NCBI GenBank assembly: GCA_028691955.1
Contig: JAQUYH010000001.1
Span: forward strand, 94,386-158,385
Length of the DNA: 64,000 nt
Reading direction: 5' to 3'
Origin: Bacilli bacterium
GTDB taxonomy: Bacteria; Bacillota_I; Bacilli_A; RF39; UBA660
The translations under genes and the position numbers were made by a program. Of the stretch, positions 59,316-64,000 are shown piece after piece. The notes under the pieces are model-generated. The model saw only the letters and a list, made by a program, of their open reading frames with translations. It searched no databases and was not told where the DNA came from. Each line of letters begins with the position of its first letter. Position 1 is the first letter of the stretch.

Positions 59316-60488
59316 GTGAATAAAATGAGCAAAAACACATTAAAAGATCTTGAAGAGCAAAACAGAAAATTAGCATGTAAGTTTGAATCTATTGGAGTAA
59401 CTATGCTGAAACTAATTAGCTTTGGTAATTCAATATCTTCTGGTTATTCAATGGTAAGAACAATTAAACCAATATTATACCGAAATAATACACTGCCATC
59501 AATATTAAAAGAACACGGAATCGATTTAACTACAAATCACTTTGCTAGAGCCCAAAGTAACGGCGATGAACATCTTCTAGAATGGATACTAAACAATATA
59601 AAGCAATCGCAAATTAATCAGTTAAATAGGCATGACTATAGTGGTAGTCCTACCAGTTTACAATCGCCAGGAATAACAAAAGAGGAAGTAGAAGAATACT
59701 TCCCACTAAATATGGAAGATGATATTGGCTTACTAGACGCCTTACAGGCACAAGGAACAAATTTAGCAAACATTCTAATATATAATGGTTGTACAGGATC
59801 ACTTATAGATAATTTAACAAGAGATGGTAAAAAAACACAACAATTATTTTATGGCGTAAATAGAGATATTTTAGGCCTTGAAGCTATTTTAAAGTTTATT
59901 CAAAATTTAAATCGAACAGGAAAAGGCAATGTACAAGTATATATTTGTGGCGTTCCCAATTTTTTAGGATTAAATTTATCTGAAATAGTAAACTTAAGAC
60001 TAAAAAAAATAGCCACTAACTATGCTAACACAGTTTACGTTCACCCAGTAAAAAATATTGTTTTTAATCACCCCATATATATAAGCCCCAGCACAGATGC
60101 CACCTTTATCCAAAGAGAACTAAGCAAATTGTTTGTAAGACCAGATATTCACTACAATGAAGTAGAGTATCTTAAGGCACTAAATCACATAATGCAAGCG
60201 ATAACAGATAATTACTCCATTACAAAAGGAATGATAGCTGTAGATAGAGAAGCATATCAGTTTAATAATCAACTTGAAACAGAAGAATCCTTTGATGTAA
60301 GAGAAGGAGATTATGCCAGCACACGTTTAGAAGCAATTATAAAATCTGCCTTAAGTACAATTAATCAAGATAATGAAAGAAATTTATTTTTAAAAAGAGT
60401 TTTAAGTTACTTAATTAATAAAACTCCATATGACTTCTGGTGTATTAACAAAAGAATAATGACTAATACAATTAGAAAAGCAAAATAA
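59316..60488 (+). CDS. hypothetical protein, weakly SGNH-like (FGNSISSGY)
   Basis: long ORF; bidirectional terminator downstream. Confidence 0.45.
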   Translation: MNKMSKNTLKDLEEQNRKLACKFESIGVTMLKLISFGNSISSGYSMVRTIKPILYRNNTLPSILKEHGIDLTTNHFARAQSNGDEHLLEWILNNIKQSQINQLNRHDYSGSPTSLQSPGITKEEVEEYFPLNMEDDIGLLDALQAQGTNLANILIYNGCTGSLIDNLTRDGKKTQQLFYGVNRDILGLEAILKFIQNLNRTGKGNVQVYICGVPNFLGLNLSEIVNLRLKKIATNYANTVYVHPVKNIVFNHPIYISPSTDATFIQRELSKLFVRPDIHYNEVEYLKALNHIMQAITDNYSITKGMIAVDREAYQFNNQLETEESFDVREGDYASTRLEAIIKSALSTINQDNERNLFLKRVLSYLINKTPYDFWCINKRIMTNTIRKAK

Positions 60489-60512
60489 AAAGACATTAAT
60501 GTCTTTTTTTAT
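60489..60512. terminator. bidirectional terminator between convergent hypothetical genes
   Basis: AGACAT-TA-ATGTCT palindrome flanked by an A-run and T7. Confidence 0.5.
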
Positions 60513-60960
60513 ATGATTTTTTAAGTTTTTGGACAAAAGGCTCCATATTTGGTTCACCTTTAAACGCCACTGACTCCTGTAATTCAGCAAAATATGCAAA
60601 AGCATTATATTGAACTGAATCATCAAATCCTCTATTTTTTAATTCTTCTTCAGTAAGTCTGCCATTACTTATAGCTTCACCTATACAAAAAAAGAAATAA
60701 TTTGAAATCATAACAGCATTTTCTAAAATACTCCCTTGCTTAATTAAACGAGTAAGTAAAGCAGAAAGTAAGAAACGTGATCTAGCAGGTACACTCAATA
60801 TATAAGATTGTAAACTTGCATTAAACTCTTGTCTTTTAAGCATTGCAAAGTTTTCTTGAGTTAATAGTTCAGGCCTTAATATTTCACCATTACTCATGCT
60901 TTGCACAATGGACGAGTATGGATCTTGATTGTCATTATTTAGTAATTTTTCTTTTGTCAT
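60496..60960 (-). CDS. hypothetical protein
   Basis: 154-aa ORF convergent with the previous gene and sharing its terminator. Confidence 0.45.
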   Translation of the reverse strand: MTKEKLLNNDNQDPYSSIVQSMSNGEILRPELLTQENFAMLKRQEFNASLQSYILSVPARSRFLLSALLTRLIKQGSILENAVMISNYFFFCIGEAISNGRLTEEELKNRGFDDSVQYNAFAYFAELQESVAFKGEPNMEPFVQKLKKSYKKRH

Positions 60961-61081
60961 TTTAAAATTTTCTCTCCTTCAATAAACAATATAATATTAT
61001 AAATGTAGCGAATTGTCAAATCAAAAAAATTGACACACACTATATATTATGTTAGTATATAAACAAAAAAGAGGGGTTTTT

Positions 61082-61819
61082 ATGAGTAGTAAAGAAAGTC
61101 CTTACACAACTTATAATAGAAAGATGTATTTTGAAGCTCAAATACAATTTGCTAAAAATGCCTATGAAAAATATTTATACTATAGAAAAAAGCTACCAAA
61201 AAAGATATTTGATCAAGAACCACTAGATCCCAATCATTTTGAATTTTATATAGGTAAAAACGATGTTTATGTTATTGATGCTCACTTTGTATTAGATTAT
61301 CGTTTATATGAACTTTTACAAGCTGATAATCAAAATAATGATGTAAATGAAGCATTAAAAAGTTATTTAGCTTACCTAAGTGTATCATATAACTTTTACA
61401 AAGAAGATATAATGGCAGCAATAATTGAACTATTAATTGAAAGAGAAAAACAGCTAGTTAGAATAGGCAAACAAGAATACAATCCAGCTATTGAATCTTC
61501 AAAGAGATTACTAATTGATGCTTTAGCATTAAATAATACTTACCAAAGCTCATTTGTTTATGCCCAAAATAAACATCATGATTTCGGTCATTATCCTTAT
61601 ATTGAAGATTTCTTAAATTATGTAGTTGCATATAGATATAATAATAGAGAAAAAGCAGAAATGCTAACTCCAGAAGTATTAAATAGACTATTAAAAGAAT
61701 TTATTGAAGATGAGGGGTTTATAATACAACACAAAATATATTTGCCAATGGATGCAATTAAGACAATTGCAAATGAACATAAACCATATGTATTTACAAG
61801 AGATAAAAAAGCATCATAA
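61082..61819 (+). CDS. hypothetical protein
   Basis: RBS AGAGGGG then ATG (MSSKES…). The track ORF starts 33 nt upstream. Confidence 0.5.
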   Translation: MSSKESPYTTYNRKMYFEAQIQFAKNAYEKYLYYRKKLPKKIFDQEPLDPNHFEFYIGKNDVYVIDAHFVLDYRLYELLQADNQNNDVNEALKSYLAYLSVSYNFYKEDIMAAIIELLIEREKQLVRIGKQEYNPAIESSKRLLIDALALNNTYQSSFVYAQNKHHDFGHYPYIEDFLNYVVAYRYNNREKAEMLTPEVLNRLLKEFIEDEGFIIQHKIYLPMDAIKTIANEHKPYVFTRDKKAS

Positions 61820-61884
61820 TGATGTTTTTTGTTGACACCAATAATAGTATATTATAAAATTAATTTGCAAAGATAGGAATAAAT

Positions 61885-62706
61885 ATGGAAAGATATAAAG
61901 AAATAGAAAAAAGCATAATTACTAAATACCGTAAAGATATATATAGTAGAGTAGTAAAGGGAATTCAAAAATATGAATTAATACAAGAAAATGACAAAAT
62001 AATGGTTTGTATATCAGGAGGAAAGGATTCCTTTCTAATGGCCAAATGCATGGAAGAACTGCAAAAACATGGGAAAATACAATTTAGTACAGAATATGTA
62101 GTTATGAATCCAGGATATAATGATTTTAATTTAAAATTAATACAAGAAAATGCCAAAATATTAAATGTACCTATACATATTTTTGAGTCAAACATATTTG
62201 ATGTTGCAAACACAGTAACTGGAAATCCTTGTTATTTATGTGCTAGAATGAGGCGAGGCCATTTATATAATAAAGCAAAGGAGCTTGGATGCAATAAAAT
62301 AGCTTTAGGTCATCACTTTAATGATTTCATAGAAACCACTTTATTATCAATGTTCTATGGAGCAGAAGTAAAAACTATGATGCCAAAGCTACACAGTGAT
62401 AACTTTAAAGGAATAGATTTAATAAGACCGTTATGTTTTGTAAAAGAAGAAAGTATAAAATCATGGGTAAAATACAATAACCTAACCTTTATAAACTGTG
62501 CTTGTCGTTTTACAGAAAAATGCAGTATTGATGATACTAAAGGTAAAAGACAAGAAATAAAAAAACTTATTAATCATTTAAAAGAAACCAACCCTAAAAT
62601 AGAAGAGAATATATATAAAGCTTTAGAAAATGTTAATTTAAATTGCATTATAGGTAGCCATGATGAAAATAAAAATTATTCTTTTTTAGATAATTTTGAT
62701 AAGTAA
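61885..62706 (+). CDS. ttcA: tRNA 2-thiocytidine(32) synthetase TtcA-like PP-loop ATPase
   Basis: PP-loop CISGGKDS; Cys motifs CYLCARMRRG and CACRF. Confidence 0.7.
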   Translation: MERYKEIEKSIITKYRKDIYSRVVKGIQKYELIQENDKIMVCISGGKDSFLMAKCMEELQKHGKIQFSTEYVVMNPGYNDFNLKLIQENAKILNVPIHIFESNIFDVANTVTGNPCYLCARMRRGHLYNKAKELGCNKIALGHHFNDFIETTLLSMFYGAEVKTMMPKLHSDNFKGIDLIRPLCFVKEESIKSWVKYNNLTFINCACRFTEKCSIDDTKGKRQEIKKLINHLKETNPKIEENIYKALENVNLNCIIGSHDENKNYSFLDNFDK

Positions 62707-62814
62707 TTCATTCCTTGAATTATTATTTTTTCAAAAATTTGTCAAATAAAAACAAAATTAAATAGTCTTATAGACTTATCATAAACTTTTTAGTACAATT
62801 AAAAAGGTGTTGAT

Positions 62815-64000
62815 ATGAAAAGAAGAATAAATAAGCAAAATGTTTTTATATTTATAAGTATAATATTTATTGTAGGACTATTTTTAATATATTTTAATCG
62901 CTTAATTTACTATAAAATATTTTTCAATGATAAAAATGAAAATATTACTGATTTAGCAGAAAGATTAATAAAAAATAACGTTTTGCTAGAAGAAAACAAC
63001 GAATACTATTTTTACGGGAAATCTGCTACCAATTATGTTGTTTATTCCAGCCAATTATGGCAAGTAATAAAAATAAACAATGATGAAATAACCTTAATTA
63101 GTATGAAGCCAATTACTAATTTATTTTATGATACAGAATATAATGATTCCGTTATAAATTCATATTTGACAGATGATTTCTATAATATACTAGACAACAG
63201 ACAAATAGTAAACACAACTACATGTGTTAATGATTTAAATAATGAAATTGATGACTGTAGTAATCCATATGAAAATACAGTAGTATTACTTTCATTAAGT
63301 TTATATGATAAATTAGGAGGCAAAGACAGCTTTATAAATAATGGTTACTATACATATCTGAGTAATGGAGTAGATAAACACTACTACATAGATGAAAATG
63401 GGGAAGTTAATATAACTTATAGTCAAAACTTATATGGAATAAAACCAATAATAACAATAAAAACAAAAGAAATAATATCAGGCTCAGGAACACAAAATGA
63501 TCCATACATATTAGATGAAGCAAAAAATATTTTAAGTGAAGCTAGCGTGGGGAGCTATATTAGATATGGTAACAAATTATGGCGAATATTAAAAAACGAA
63601 GACAGTACAAGATTAATTTGTAATGAAATTATAGAAAACTACTTGTTTGAAAACAGCACATTCAATATATATAACAGTGTTTACCAATATTTAAATAATG
63701 AATTTATAAACTCATTAAATCAAAACATTCTTTTAGAAAGTAAATTTTATAATGGCGAATATATAGATGACATCAGAAGCATATTTTATTCAACTACAGC
63801 ATATGTTGGCTTGCCTTTTATAATGGATTTATATCTAAACGATTTAAATAGTTATGCTCTAATAAATACAACCGACAATAGCAATTTAGTATATACAGTA
63901 AACAGCAAAGGAATGACTGTTCAAAGTAATAGTGATTATTATGGAATAAGACCAATAATAACTATTGAAAACAACTTAACTATAACTGGATTAGGAACAA
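62815..64000 (+). CDS. hypothetical membrane-anchored protein with at least two tandem repeats ending YGI(K/R)PIITI…GSGTxNDPY (partial, runs off the window)
   Basis: RBS AAAAAGGTG; ATG about 62815; no stop to the window end; N-terminal TM. Confidence 0.45.
   Translation, partial: MKRRINKQNVFIFISIIFIVGLFLIYFNRLIYYKIFFNDKNENITDLAERLIKNNVLLEENNEYYFYGKSATNYVVYSSQLWQVIKINNDEITLISMKPITNLFYDTEYNDSVINSYLTDDFYNILDNRQIVNTTTCVNDLNNEIDDCSNPYENTVVLLSLSLYDKLGGKDSFINNGYYTYLSNGVDKHYYIDENGEVNITYSQNLYGIKPIITIKTKEIISGSGTQNDPYILDEAKNILSEASVGSYIRYGNKLWRILKNEDSTRLICNEIIENYLFENSTFNIYNSVYQYLNNEFINSLNQNILLESKFYNGEYIDDIRSIFYSTTAYVGLPFIMDLYLNDLNSYALINTTDNSNLVYTVNSKGMTVQSNSDYYGIRPIITIENNLTITGLGT

Noticed and set aside
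1-64000. CRISPR arrays, IS elements or transposases, rRNA operons
   Set aside because: No regularly spaced direct repeats, no transposase or integrase-like ORFs beyond the XerC-type recombinase, and no rRNA-like conserved tracts were seen on either strand.

Overview
This is a low-GC (about 28-30% G+C) chromosomal segment. It is gene-dense, TGA is used as a stop codon (code 11), and genes carry strong Firmicutes-type Shine-Dalgarno sites. It reads like an anaerobic Gram-positive bacterium.

Housekeeping backbone: gatCAB, gltX, ftsY-ylxM, pyruvate:ferredoxin oxidoreductase, addAB/rexAB, xerC-like, tdk, ppdK, gpmA, rpsU, rpsB-tsf, pyrG, ttcA, and one tRNA-Thr.

Four things stand out.

- **HerA/pilin cluster.** Two paralogous FtsK/HerA-superfamily ATPases (HerA-like: HAS-barrel, Walker A and GRKYG/QRP motifs) immediately bracket two tandem type IV major-pilin genes. 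This cluster sits directly downstream of ftsY-ylxM, where ffh normally lies. I do not recognise this arrangement as a described system.
- **Scattered type IV filament components.** A 736-aa modular pilin carries four Listeria-Bacteroides (Flg_new) repeats and a roughly 190-aa Gly-rich tail. An orphan PilB/GspE ATPase is divergent from a 407-aa pilin-like gene. That gene is co-transcribed with a 1202-aa secreted GH73-like cell-wall hydrolase, and a kinase-less multi-PASTA membrane protein lies next door.
- **Candidate OLE RNA.** A roughly 600-nt GC-enriched non-coding region has its own promoter and terminator, immediately upstream of a small four-TM protein with a DxxxD motif. This fits an OLE RNA/oapA locus.
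- **Smaller oddities.** A tandem thymidine-kinase fusion with degenerate P-loops, ribosomal protein S2 with a Rho-N/SAP-like tail, a SGNEF-degenerate GGDEF sensor, and a shortened AddB.

No transposases, CRISPR arrays or rRNA were seen. Coordinates I derived by hand (tRNA, promoters, terminators, adjusted starts) may be off by 1-2 nt. CDS coordinates follow the supplied ORF track.
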